From NCBI GenBank assembly GCA_963840935.1, contig CAWJAS010000001.1:706790-770789 (forward strand): DNA of 64,000 nucleotides, read 5' to 3'. The position numbers were made by a program, and so were the translations under genes. The notes beneath the pieces were generated by a model, which ran no database searches, was not told the origin of the DNA, and saw nothing but the letters and a program-made list of their open reading frames with translations. The DNA comes from Candidatus Magasanikiibacteriota bacterium. GTDB taxonomy: Bacteria; Patescibacteriota; Patescibacteriia; Magasanikbacterales; GWA2-37-8. Below are positions 48,343 through 58,852 of the stretch, piece by piece (the stretch's first letter is position 1; each line of letters begins with the position of its first letter).

Positions 48343-48591
48343 TTAGCGGTGTTTCTTAAACTTTTCTTCCGGCAAGCGTCCTATTTTTTTCAGATAATCC
48401 ATTTTGGATGAAATTTTTAGGCGATGCAGGGCGCTTTTTTTGCGCATGTTTTTACTTTTATCCGCTTCGTGAAATTGAATTTTTTTGACTTGCAGGACTT
48501 TGCCTGATTGTTGCCATCGCTTCTTTACACGACGAATAAAAGCTTCGAATGATTCGTTTTTCTTTCTTTTTATTTCTGACACAAAAGTCAC
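48343..48591 (-). CDS. rpsU: 30S ribosomal protein S21
   Basis: 82 aa, very basic. The EAFIRRVKKRW...RKKSALHR pattern is typical of bS21. Confidence 0.8.
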   Translation of the reverse strand: MTFVSEIKRKKNESFEAFIRRVKKRWQQSGKVLQVKKIQFHEADKSKNMRKKSALHRLKISSKMDYLKKIGRLPEEKFKKHR

Positions 48592-48638
48592 CTCCGTTTC
48601 TAAAAGATTATACTGATTTAATACATTATATTATAATC

Positions 48639-50084
48639 CTATTTTACGGTATCGTCAAATTTTTTAAGCTTTCTTTTGACCAAATTTTCGACTTTCTTTT
48701 GGTCCACGATTTCCTGAACGCCGGATTCCATGTCTCTGATAATAATTGTTCCTTCCTGCACTTCTTTTTGCCCTAAAATAAGGGTATATCCCACCTTCAA
48801 ATCATTGGCAATTTCCAACTGATTTTTTAACGAACTTTTAAACAGGTTGAAACCGATTTTTAATCCACTATGTCGCAGGTCCTCAATTATTTTTAGCGCC
48901 CTTCCTTTTGCCCTATCCCCAAGCTGGGCAAAAAATATGTCGAAATTTGATTTTGGCAAATTAAGAATATTTTTTTCGGCAAACTGTTTCAAAACAGCCA
49001 CTGTCCGGTCAATGCCCAAGGCAACTCCAACCGCGGGAGTTGCTCGACCGCCCATTTCTTCCATAAGTAAATCATAACGCCCTCCCCCGCCCAAAGCGCT
49101 TTGAGATTTTTCATTATTTTTATTCTCTTCTCCATCCGACAACTCATTTAAAACCGGATAAATTTCAAAAACAGTATGGGTATAATAATCCAGACCGCGA
49201 ACCAATGAAGGCTGAAGAACGTAAGGCACCTGCAATTCATCCAAATATTCCAAAACTTTCATAAAATAATTTTTTGAACTATCGGAAAGCCAATCAACAA
49301 TTTGCGGGGCCTCGTCTTTAATCGGCTGGCATTGGTCTTCTTTGCAATCAAGCAAACGCAAAGGATTCTTAAGCAAGCGTTTTCGGCAATCCTCGCATAA
49401 ATAACTTTTTTTGGTACGATAAAAATTCGCCAGTTCGGCTTTATAGCGCTCTCGCTCATCGGGCAAACCAATACTATTGATTCTTATCTCGACCGGAAGA
49501 CCAATGTCTTTATAAAAATTATACGCAACCAAAATCAACTCCGCGTCACTGGCCGGGTCAAGTACTCCTATGGTTTCAAATCCAACCTGATAAAATTGAC
49601 GATAACGCCCGGCTTGCGGACGGTCATGGCGAAACATCGGCGCCCAATACCACATTTTAACCGGCTGAGGGTAATTCCACATTCCGGCGTTAATAAAAGC
49701 GCGGGCGACCGGCGCGGTTCCTTCAGGTCGCAGACAAACTTTACCTTCCGACAAATCAAAAACATACATTTCTTTTTCCACCACATCAGTTCCTTTACCA
49801 AGCGAACGAACAAACAGTCCGGCCTCTTCCATAACCGGCGTTTCTATTCGGCCGAACTGAAAATGTTCAGCTAAATTTTCTGCATTATGATACAACGGCT
49901 TCCAATATTTTTCTTCTCTGGGCAAAACATCATGCATACCACGCATCACCTGAAAAGTTTTTTTGGATTTTGACGCTCCCGACAAATGTTCCTTGGCGCT
50001 TTCCGTGCCGGTCTTTTTTATTTTCTGCGCAGGCTTTTTTACAGATTTGGTTTTGGTTAATTTTTTATTCTTTTCTTTTTTCAT
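48639..50084 (-). CDS. hisS: Histidine--tRNA ligase with a Lys-rich N-terminal extension
   Basis: Class II aaRS motifs are present (RGMHDVLP, LRPEGTAPVARA, YRQFYQVGFE, GGGRYD). 481 aa, including an about 45-aa K-rich leader. Confidence 0.9.
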   Translation of the reverse strand: MKKEKNKKLTKTKSVKKPAQKIKKTGTESAKEHLSGASKSKKTFQVMRGMHDVLPREEKYWKPLYHNAENLAEHFQFGRIETPVMEEAGLFVRSLGKGTDVVEKEMYVFDLSEGKVCLRPEGTAPVARAFINAGMWNYPQPVKMWYWAPMFRHDRPQAGRYRQFYQVGFETIGVLDPASDAELILVAYNFYKDIGLPVEIRINSIGLPDERERYKAELANFYRTKKSYLCEDCRKRLLKNPLRLLDCKEDQCQPIKDEAPQIVDWLSDSSKNYFMKVLEYLDELQVPYVLQPSLVRGLDYYTHTVFEIYPVLNELSDGEENKNNEKSQSALGGGGRYDLLMEEMGGRATPAVGVALGIDRTVAVLKQFAEKNILNLPKSNFDIFFAQLGDRAKGRALKIIEDLRHSGLKIGFNLFKSSLKNQLEIANDLKVGYTLILGQKEVQEGTIIIRDMESGVQEIVDQKKVENLVKRKLKKFDDTVK

Positions 50085-50129
50085 AATAAAAAATAATTAT
50101 ACTATAAACTGCAGTAATTAATTTGTTTT

Positions 50130-50834
50130 TTAAATATTCAAATTTGGAGCGCTAAATATTTCCGCTCGTGAAAAAGGCCATCCTCTTATCCAAGCTCGGC
50201 CAACGATAAACGAACGGTCGACCGGGCCAAAACGCCTTGAATCAAAACTATTCGGACGATTGTCGCCCATTAAAAAGAATTGGTCGTCCCCTACCGTAAC
50301 CAAACGATCACCTTCGGTGGCAATGTCACTCGGTAAATAAAATTCATCAATGGCCATTCCTTCGGGATGTTCATCATTATAAATTATCACTTTGCCCGAT
50401 GATATTTTAACTGTTTCTCCTGGTAAGCCGATTATACGTTTTAAAAAATGTTCTTTGGGGTTATCGGGATAGCGAAAAACAACCACTTCACCTCTAATCG
50501 GCTCCCTTAAACGATAAGATAATTCATCGATTATCAAATATTCTTTTTCATAAAAAGTAGGTTCCATGGACGCACCTTTAACATAAAAAGGTTTGAACAA
50601 AAAATAACGAATGAGCCCGATAGTAATGCCGGCGATAACGGCAATTTTTACCATTTCAAACAAAAACAAACCAACCGAAGCGATTATTTTTATAAACCTT
50701 TTTTTGAATTCACCGGATTTTTTACCGGTATCTAGTTTGTTTATTTCTTCGTTGTTTTCTTGGTCTTCCATAAGAATTTTTGATTTTGTAAAAAATGACA
50801 ACAAAAAATTGCCACATGTATTAATATACACCAA
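50130..50834 (-). CDS. lepB: Signal peptidase I
   Basis: S26 boxes are present: GASMEPT, the catalytic Lys region HFLKRIIGLPGE, and GDNRPNSFDSR. Confidence 0.9.
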   Translation of the reverse strand: MVYINTCGNFLLSFFTKSKILMEDQENNEEINKLDTGKKSGEFKKRFIKIIASVGLFLFEMVKIAVIAGITIGLIRYFLFKPFYVKGASMEPTFYEKEYLIIDELSYRLREPIRGEVVVFRYPDNPKEHFLKRIIGLPGETVKISSGKVIIYNDEHPEGMAIDEFYLPSDIATEGDRLVTVGDDQFFLMGDNRPNSFDSRRFGPVDRSFIVGRAWIRGWPFSRAEIFSAPNLNI

Positions 50835-50941
50835 TTATTTATGATTGGCAAGAAGAGAAAACAAAAACCGGCGGCGTTATTTTATGGCTAAAATAAGCGC
50901 GCGCCGGCAATATACGAAAGAACAAAAAGAAGAAAAACGAA

Positions 50942-51781
50942 TTATTCACGCATGGCCTTTTCACGAGCCACCGCCACAATCGCATTTATGTCAAGAGTGG
51001 ACTTCTTTGCTCGCGGTTTGCTTGACTGAACTACCTCGGCGCCATTGATCTCACCTGCGGTGTCGTTCGATGCTTCAGGCGCTGTTTCAGTCGATTCAGG
51101 GCCGGCCAACAAACCGGCCGCATAAAGATTTTTAACTTTTTTTACCAAACGAAAATACAGACCCAGTCTATATTCGGCGATGGCCCAAACCTTTTCGCCC
51201 GGATAACATTTACCGGACATGTAAACCAGCAAAGCGCTTTGAAGAGTTTTTGATTTGCAAGCTTGAACAAGAGAACTAAGATAAATTGCTCCGCATTCCA
51301 TTTGCCCGTGGGCGCTTGCCAATTCACACCCTTGCTTGGCTACTCCATGTACCTGCGGAATGCCGATTTCTCCTCGCTTCTTTCCGATTTTGTGAATATC
51401 AAACCGGCTTTCCAAATAAAATTTGACTACCAGAAGAAGAGGCGGGAGATTATGAATTTTCGCCAGAGAAACAATGCTCGCCGACACTTCTTCGCGCTGT
51501 TCATTGTTTTTACCGCAAAGCCAACTTTTCGGGTCTTGCCCGCAAAGCAAAAATTCGATCATTTTATCAACGGCTTCCGGCGTCTGGATATCAATTGATT
51601 CAAATATACGCGCTTCAACTTCCGGATTTGGCCGACACACCGAAGGACCAACGGGTTCGGACGAAAAGGCGCTAAATGGAACAAACGTAAACACAAGCAC
51701 GGCCATATATTTTGCCATGTTTTCTCCTTTTTTTATTTTGAAAGAACGGGTTATATTCGCATAAATACAACATTTTGTCAA
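50942..51781 (-). CDS. Secreted lytic transglycosylase (SLT-domain) protein
   Basis: Signal peptide. The SLT-like catalytic ES motif is KFYLESRFD and the GLMQ-like motif is GEIGIPQVHG. The GC content is somewhat elevated (about 45%). Confidence 0.55.
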   Translation of the reverse strand: MTKCCIYANITRSFKIKKGENMAKYMAVLVFTFVPFSAFSSEPVGPSVCRPNPEVEARIFESIDIQTPEAVDKMIEFLLCGQDPKSWLCGKNNEQREEVSASIVSLAKIHNLPPLLLVVKFYLESRFDIHKIGKKRGEIGIPQVHGVAKQGCELASAHGQMECGAIYLSSLVQACKSKTLQSALLVYMSGKCYPGEKVWAIAEYRLGLYFRLVKKVKNLYAAGLLAGPESTETAPEASNDTAGEINGAEVVQSSKPRAKKSTLDINAIVAVAREKAMRE

Positions 51782-51896
51782 TAAGCTTGTTTAAAATGAG
51801 ACACAAATAAAACACACTCTTTTCCACATTTATCTCTTGATTATTTGCATGCTTTTTGCTATACTTGTCAAAGTATAATATTTTTTATATAATTTC

Positions 51897-51970
51897 GGGC
51901 GTATAGCTCAGCTGGTTAGAGCGTTTCGTTGACATCGAAAAGGTCTCCCGTTCAAGTCGGGATACGCCCA
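51897..51970 (+). tRNA. tRNA-Val (anticodon GAC)
   Basis: GGGCGTA / GCTC-AGCTGGTTA-GAGC / TTTCG-TTGACAT-CGAAA / TCCCG-TTCAAGT-CGGGA / TACGCCC-A. Confidence 0.85.
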
Positions 51971-51991
51971 CAAGTAAGAGTTTCACAATAA

Positions 51992-52065
51992 GGGCAATTA
52001 GCTCAGATGGTTAGAGCGCGTCACTGATAATGACGAGGTCGGAGGTTCGATTCCTCCATTGCCCA
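51992..52065 (+). tRNA. tRNA-Ile (anticodon GAT)
   Basis: GGGCAAT / GCTC-AGATGGTTA-GAGC / CGTCA-CTGATAA-TGACG / GGAGG-TTCGATT-CCTCC / ATTGCCC-A. Confidence 0.85.
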
Positions 52066-52097
52066 CATTATAAAATTACCACCTTTAAGAATAATAA

Positions 52098-52126
52098 TAA
52101 AAACACTGCCAAAATAGGCAGTGTTT
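52098..52126. terminator. Bidirectional hairpin terminator between the convergent tRNA pair and the 16S rRNA gene
   Basis: aaaa-ACACTGCC-aaaat-aGGCAGTGT-tttt. Confidence 0.55.
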
Positions 52127-52241
52127 TAAATTAACAATATAAACGTGACAAAAACCTAAATCGTTCACCCCGTTCCGAAAGAAATTAATCTTAACTCGGA
52201 ACTCGACTGAGAATCGTCTGCCTTTCGGCAGAAGTGTCTCC

Positions 52242-53780
<1,539 letters not shown>

Positions 53781-54129
53781 TAAATAAGATATTTGATTTT
53801 ATTTTTTGACGCCTAAGCGCCAAAAAAGAATTTGTATTTTTTGTTTTTAGGAATAAACGATTATCTATGAACAAACCGAAATTTGTTCATGTGGTTTTTG
53901 TCACATTTATATTGTCAACGATCGTTCTTTTCGCTTTCACAATCGCGTACTCATACGATTCTTGTATTTTTCGAGTTTGAATAAACTCGCGCGGAAAGAA
54001 AAAAGAGGAAGCCAAACTGACTTACTCTTTTCTCCTTCCAGTTTCCTCTTTTCGCAAAAATCAACGAGGACTTAGAAAAATATTTGATTTATTAAAGATG
54101 AAATTTTTGTCAGTATTTTTTTAGCTTGT

Positions 54130-54162
54130 TAAGCTTACCTCAAAGGCAAAATTTTGTCAAGA
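54130..54162 (-). promoter_or_regulatory. Candidate rRNA promoter (TTGACA, 17 nt, TAAGCT) about 350 nt upstream of the 16S 5' end
   Basis: On the minus strand, TTGACA is the rc of 54155-54160 and TAAGCT is the rc of 54132-54137, with a 17-nt spacer. A second TTGACA-like element lies about 25 nt further downstream. Confidence 0.4.
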
Positions 54163-54220
54163 GCTAGCCAATATTTTCTTTTTGGATAAACTGTGGATAA
54201 ATTCCAAACAATAATTTGGC

Positions 54221-54946
54221 TTATTTTACACGTTTTTTACGCCATTCCGCGATTTTTGCATGGTCTCCTTCAAGTAAAACCTTTGGAACTTTAAAGCCCA
54301 TAAAATTTTCCGGACGAGTGTAAACAGGGTATTTGCCAGAAATTTTAGACTTGTCGTTCGCTAGCGACAGATTAGATTTTAATCCGCCGGCTGACGGATT
54401 GATTTTAGATCGACTGTGAGTTTCGCCAATCAATGATTCTTCATTGCCCAATACTCCGGGCACCAATCGACTAACGGCTTCTACAATCGTGAGCGCCGGC
54501 AATTCACCACCGGACAAAACATAATCGCCGACAGATATTTTTTCATCCGCTAATTTATAGACACGTTCATCAAATCCTTCATATCTTCCGCAAATTAAAA
54601 TAATTCTTTCCAACTTGGAAAATTTTTCAGCCATACGCTGGTCAAATTTTTTTCCGGCCGGATCCATAATGATAATTCTTGTTTTTCTGTTTTTTCCTTT
54701 CCGGGCTTTGATTGCCTTAAGACAATCGTAAATCGGCTGAACTTGCAGAATCATACCGGCTCCCCCACCATACGGCCTATCATCAACGTGACGCTGTTTG
54801 TCTTTGGTGAAATCACGAAAATTATGAGCCAAAATATTAACCAAGCCGGCTTTTTGGGCCCGCTTCAAAATACTTTCCGAAGCATAGTCATAAACAATGT
54901 CCGGAAAAAGAGTCAAAATATCAAATTTTATTTTTGGCCTCTTCAT
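54221..54946 (-). CDS. trmD: tRNA (guanine37-N1)-methyltransferase
   Basis: MKRPKIKFDILTLFPD..., the SPOUT knot motifs RPYGGGAGMIL and GRYEGFDERV, and SVGDYVLSGGELPA. The ORF track's 319-aa version adds an implausible 80-aa N-terminal extension, so the ATG at 54946 is chosen. Confidence 0.9.
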   Translation of the reverse strand: MKRPKIKFDILTLFPDIVYDYASESILKRAQKAGLVNILAHNFRDFTKDKQRHVDDRPYGGGAGMILQVQPIYDCLKAIKARKGKNRKTRIIIMDPAGKKFDQRMAEKFSKLERIILICGRYEGFDERVYKLADEKISVGDYVLSGGELPALTIVEAVSRLVPGVLGNEESLIGETHSRSKINPSAGGLKSNLSLANDKSKISGKYPVYTRPENFMGFKVPKVLLEGDHAKIAEWRKKRVK

Positions 54947-55252
54947 ATTGACAAATTCTTGATTATGGTATAGGGTTAAGGTTAGCGGTAACTGGGCAAA
55001 ATCCGCTCCCATCTGCAAGTAGTAGCGAAAGCGAAACGGCCGGATGGTTCTCTCAGATCGACCAAGGATTGACCTGACAAGCCCCAAACAGCCACGTTCC
55101 TTTTGCCCAGCCATCGGCGTGCAAGCATATATTACGGCGAAGAAGAGTTCCCCCTCCTTTCTCTTCAATCGTAGTATCAAATGCTTGGCGCTGATGGCTT
55201 CTTTTTTTTATAAAAAAATAATCCCGCCAACATTTAGCTGACGGGATCAATT

Positions 55253-55567
55253 TTAGATATCCAAGTTATCAACTGCGCTGGTGTCAACCGCTTCTTCTCT
55301 GGCAGTGCTTCTGCCACGGCCACCTTCAGGTTCGTTAATTTTCAAATTAACGCGGGCGTTGTTCTTCGCTCCGACAATTTTGAGCAAAGTTCTGATAGCC
55401 CTTGCGGTTTGACCGCTTCTTCCGATCACATAACCCATATCGCTCGGATTAACGTCAAGCGTGAGAAGTACTCCGCGCTCGTCAATCATGCGTTCTACCT
55501 TCACATCGTTCGGATTGTTTACAATCGCTTTAACGACGGATTCCAAGAATTGCTGATCGCTATTCAT
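55253..55567 (-). CDS. KH-domain RNA-binding protein (YlqC/UPF0109 family) with an RGG-like C-terminal tail
   Basis: VVKAIVNNPNDVKVERMIDERGVLLTLDVNPSDMGYVIGRSGQTARAIRTLL carries the canonical KH GxxG loop (GRSGQ). It is located between rpsP and trmD, as in most bacteria. Confidence 0.7.
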   Translation of the reverse strand: MNSDQQFLESVVKAIVNNPNDVKVERMIDERGVLLTLDVNPSDMGYVIGRSGQTARAIRTLLKIVGAKNNARVNLKINEPEGGRGRSTAREEAVDTSAVDNLDI

Positions 55568-55699
55568 AATTAACAACTTAATTTTAAACGAACGAGACAA
55601 TTTGTCGACATGCGGTTTCCCGCCCAAATCATCTTCATTCTTAATATGTATATTATACCATTTTTTCGACTTTCAGTCAAGATCTTTCGCGCCGTTCAA

Positions 55700-56224
55700 T
55701 TAAACGGTCTCTTCACTAACCGCTTCAGGCTTTTTTTCTTCGGTGGCAACCGGCGTTTCCACAACCGTTTCCGGCGTTGTTTCCACAACCGTTTCGGCCG
55801 GTGAAGATACTTCCGCTTTTACTTCGGATTCTGCCGGAACCTCAGCGGGCTCTTCAACAGCAACCTCGACCGGCGGAGTTTGTTCGGCTTGCTTTTTGGC
55901 GTCAGCTTCTGCTTTTTGTTTTGTCTCTTCTTCCAATTTGGCTTTTCTTTTTTTAGACAAATAAACAGACTTCTTTTTTTTGCCTTCGATAATTCTGGCT
56001 GAAATCAATAAATTATTGACGGTTTCCGACAACTGAGCGCCTTTGGAAATCCAATATTTTATTCTGTCGACTTTGGCCGACAATTGTTTTCCTTTGGAAT
56101 GCGGGTCATAACTTCCAAGTTCTTCCAAACTTGTGCCCCAAGTATCTTTGGTTTTTTCGGAAATAATAAAACGATAGGTGGGCAATTTCTTTTTTCCTAT
56201 TCTTTTTAATCTGATAGTTAACAT
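55700..56224 (-). CDS. rpsP: 30S ribosomal protein S16 with a long Lys/Glu/Pro-rich C-terminal extension
   Basis: MLTIRLKRIGKKKLPTYRFIISEKTKDTWG...YDPH is the bS16 core. The C-terminal about 90 aa are low-complexity. Confidence 0.9.
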   Translation of the reverse strand: MLTIRLKRIGKKKLPTYRFIISEKTKDTWGTSLEELGSYDPHSKGKQLSAKVDRIKYWISKGAQLSETVNNLLISARIIEGKKKKSVYLSKKRKAKLEEETKQKAEADAKKQAEQTPPVEVAVEEPAEVPAESEVKAEVSSPAETVVETTPETVVETPVATEEKKPEAVSEETV

Positions 56225-56377
56225 AAAATATATTCAAAAATCAAAATCCGCCAGCTGGCGGTAAAAGTCAAAATTAATAAATTATGACTTTTTTCATTTT
56301 GACGGGTTGGGCTTAAGGCCCAGAGAGCTTGATTAATATACATTAAAATAATATTGCTGTCAACACCGCCCGTAGCC

Positions 56378-58348
56378 TCATTCTTGATTCGGCACATCAT
56401 CGATTTTAACGCTCAATAGCTTCGAAATTCCATCCGAGGCCATGGCCACTCCATAAAGCGCGTCAACTGCGTGCATCGTCACTCGATTATGAGTAATCAA
56501 AATAAATTGAGCGTGCTTGGATAATTCGGAAATAATTTTGGTAAAACGAATTGTATTTGCTTCATCAAGAGCGGCTTCGACCTCGTCAAGCACCACAAAA
56601 GGCGAAGGATTATAATTCAAAACAGCACAAATTAAAGCAATGGAGGTGAGAGTGCGCTCCCCTCCAGACAAAGAATTCAAACTTTTTATTTTTTTACCCG
56701 GCGGATTGGCGGTCACTTCAATACCCATCAAAATCTTTTCTTTTTTATTTTTTAATCGAGTATTTTCCGCAGAAATAATTTGTTCTTGATTTTCAAAATC
56801 AATATTTTCGCCAACATTTTCCGGCACTTCTTCCTCGTACACTTCAACCAAATCCGCATTACCCCCTTCAAATAAAATATTAAAAAATCTGTTAAATTCT
56901 TTGCGTATATTTCTAAAAGCGACCACTCGTTTTGATTTCATCAAATCATCAAGTTCAGCGGACATTTTGGTCAAATCGGCTGTCGCCTGACGCAAGTCAG
57001 TCAACTGATTAAACAAGAAGTTAAATCTCTCTTTGGTGGTTTCGTATTCGCTTATCACTTCTTCGTCAATACCTCCGATTAAATTCAATTGGTATTTTAA
57101 TTTTTGAATTTCTAACGCCAATTTTTCATAATCTTCAACTTCCAAAATATCCTGGCGCCGGCCAATAATTGATTCCAAAGAAATATTCATGTCATTTCTC
57201 ACTTCTTCATTCAGCGATTCCGCTCTGGTTTCAAGCCGAGCCAAAGCCACCCTCAGGTCATTGCGAACCGTGGCAATGCCGTTCAAATCGTTTTGTTTAA
57301 TTTGCATTTGTTCTTGAAGAGAAAAAACATGTTGTTTCTTTTGTTCCTCGCGTTCATTAAAATCCCTCATTTCATTTTCGATTTTTTGGACTATGGCGAC
57401 TTTGGCGTTCATCTCGGCCATCAATCTTTCTTTCTCGCGATTTAATTCCGATAATTTTATTCCATACTCTTCAGGGCTCATTTCCACAAACGATAATTCG
57501 CGTTCAATTTGCGCCAACTCTTTGTCCAAATTTTGTTTTTCGGTTTCAACAAGCGCCCGTCTGGCAACATTTAACTCGCGCTTAACCTCCAAATCAGACA
57601 ATTCTTTTTTGGCTTGTCCAAGCATTTGTTCAATATCCAAAAGATTTTGCTGTTCCAGAGCAAGAGAACGTTGGCATTCTTTGATTCTATCTTCCGCCCC
57701 CATCATTATTTTTGTGGCAAAACTGATTGAACCAAAACGGTCTTTCCGCCACCCTCCTTTCATCACACCTCGCTTTTCAATCAAATCACCATTCAAGGTG
57801 ACCATGCGCGCCCGACCAATGCCGATTAGCTGGGCGGTTTTCATATCTTTCACCACCAATGTATTGCCAAGAACAAATTGAAAAATATTTTCAAATTTTG
57901 AATCAAATTTTATCAAATCAACCGCCTTGCCGACAACACCCGGCTCGTTTACTAATTCGTTTAAAACCGCGTCTTCCTGCCTGGCGGTAATTTTGTTAAT
58001 CGGTAAAAATGTGGCCACACCCAATTTGTTTTCTCGCAAATAATCAATCGCTCGCTTGGCAATATCATCCGTTTCCACCACCACCGAAGAAAGATTGCCT
58101 CCGGCAGCCACATCAAGAGCCAGCCGATTTACTTCGTCGGTCTCACCAAGCTCGGCGACAACACCGAATATTTTTCCAATTTGAGATTTGTTATTCAACA
58201 CCGCTTTTATGGCCGTAAGCCCGGAAACCTGCAAAAAATTCTGCTCTGATTGGTAGACCTGATCTAGCCAGGGATGTGCTAAGTGATGTGCCTCATGTGG
58301 TTTTAACAAAGCAGCAATCAGCGTTGAAGTATCAAATACTAGTCTCAT
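56378..58348 (-). CDS. smc: SMC (chromosome condensation/segregation ATPase) fragment. It has the hinge, second coiled-coil and C-terminal head only. The N-terminal Walker-A head and first coiled-coil are absent. The first about 40 aa look PIN-domain-like.
   Basis: Hinge is GKIFGVVAELGETDEVNRLALDVAAGGNLSSVVVETDDIAKRAIDYLRENKLGVATFLPINKI. The ABC signature is LSGGERTLTSIAL. Walker B and D-loop are VVLDEVEAALD. There is no GxxGxGKS anywhere. The N-terminus MRLVFDTSTLIAALL resembles the start of PIN (VapC) domains. Confidence 0.7.
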   Translation of the reverse strand: MRLVFDTSTLIAALLKPHEAHHLAHPWLDQVYQSEQNFLQVSGLTAIKAVLNNKSQIGKIFGVVAELGETDEVNRLALDVAAGGNLSSVVVETDDIAKRAIDYLRENKLGVATFLPINKITARQEDAVLNELVNEPGVVGKAVDLIKFDSKFENIFQFVLGNTLVVKDMKTAQLIGIGRARMVTLNGDLIEKRGVMKGGWRKDRFGSISFATKIMMGAEDRIKECQRSLALEQQNLLDIEQMLGQAKKELSDLEVKRELNVARRALVETEKQNLDKELAQIERELSFVEMSPEEYGIKLSELNREKERLMAEMNAKVAIVQKIENEMRDFNEREEQKKQHVFSLQEQMQIKQNDLNGIATVRNDLRVALARLETRAESLNEEVRNDMNISLESIIGRRQDILEVEDYEKLALEIQKLKYQLNLIGGIDEEVISEYETTKERFNFLFNQLTDLRQATADLTKMSAELDDLMKSKRVVAFRNIRKEFNRFFNILFEGGNADLVEVYEEEVPENVGENIDFENQEQIISAENTRLKNKKEKILMGIEVTANPPGKKIKSLNSLSGGERTLTSIALICAVLNYNPSPFVVLDEVEAALDEANTIRFTKIISELSKHAQFILITHNRVTMHAVDALYGVAMASDGISKLLSVKIDDVPNQE

Positions 58349-58611
58349 GACATCAATGCTGCCAGTCGCTGTTCACGGTCTTGTTGCACAAAATCTGTTT
58401 CCTGGTCCGTCAGCTCACCATTATAGACCAATACATGATTTTCATAGGTCAAATGAGAGGGCATTTCCTTAACCCGCACCTCGAATGCCATCACTCTGGC
58501 GTCTTCACAATTAGGGACATCCCGGTACCCCAGTCCAAATTGTTTTCGCAAAGCTTCCGAAACAGCGATAATTCCTGGCTTTTCCAGAGTAATCTCTACC
58601 GTTGAATTCAT
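58345..58611 (-). CDS. Hypothetical 88-aa protein. Its stop overlaps the start of the SMC-fragment ORF (ATGA), so it is a possible antitoxin-like partner of the PIN-like N-terminus.
   Basis: The ORF sits in a region of intermediate GC and shows translational-coupling geometry. No recognisable family. Confidence 0.3.
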   Translation of the reverse strand: MNSTVEITLEKPGIIAVSEALRKQFGLGYRDVPNCEDARVMAFEVRVKEMPSHLTYENHVLVYNGELTDQETDFVQQDREQRLAALMS

Positions 58612-58852
58612 GCTTTTTCTCCGATCTCAAAGTACAGGCCCTGTTGTGATGAGCTTTCCGAGTCTTAACTCAATTCTCACTACTTTTCACCCATTCGTCA
58701 AACTCACGAAGCAATTGCTGTTTCACAGGAGCTGGTGCGACACGTCACAAAGGCATTGCGCGCCCACACGGGCCAGATCAACCTGATCATAGCCAAATTC
58801 TGTGGCCAGCACCTGATATTCCTGGGTGAGCGACGTGTTAAAGAGCGGCGGG

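Noticed and set aside
54947-55180. The 80-aa N-terminal extension of the trmD ORF (MILRLKRKEGELFFAVIYACTPMAGQKERGCLG…)
   Set aside because: It is not RimM-like or protein-like. TrmD homologs start at MKRPKIKFDILTLFPD. The segment is more likely non-coding.
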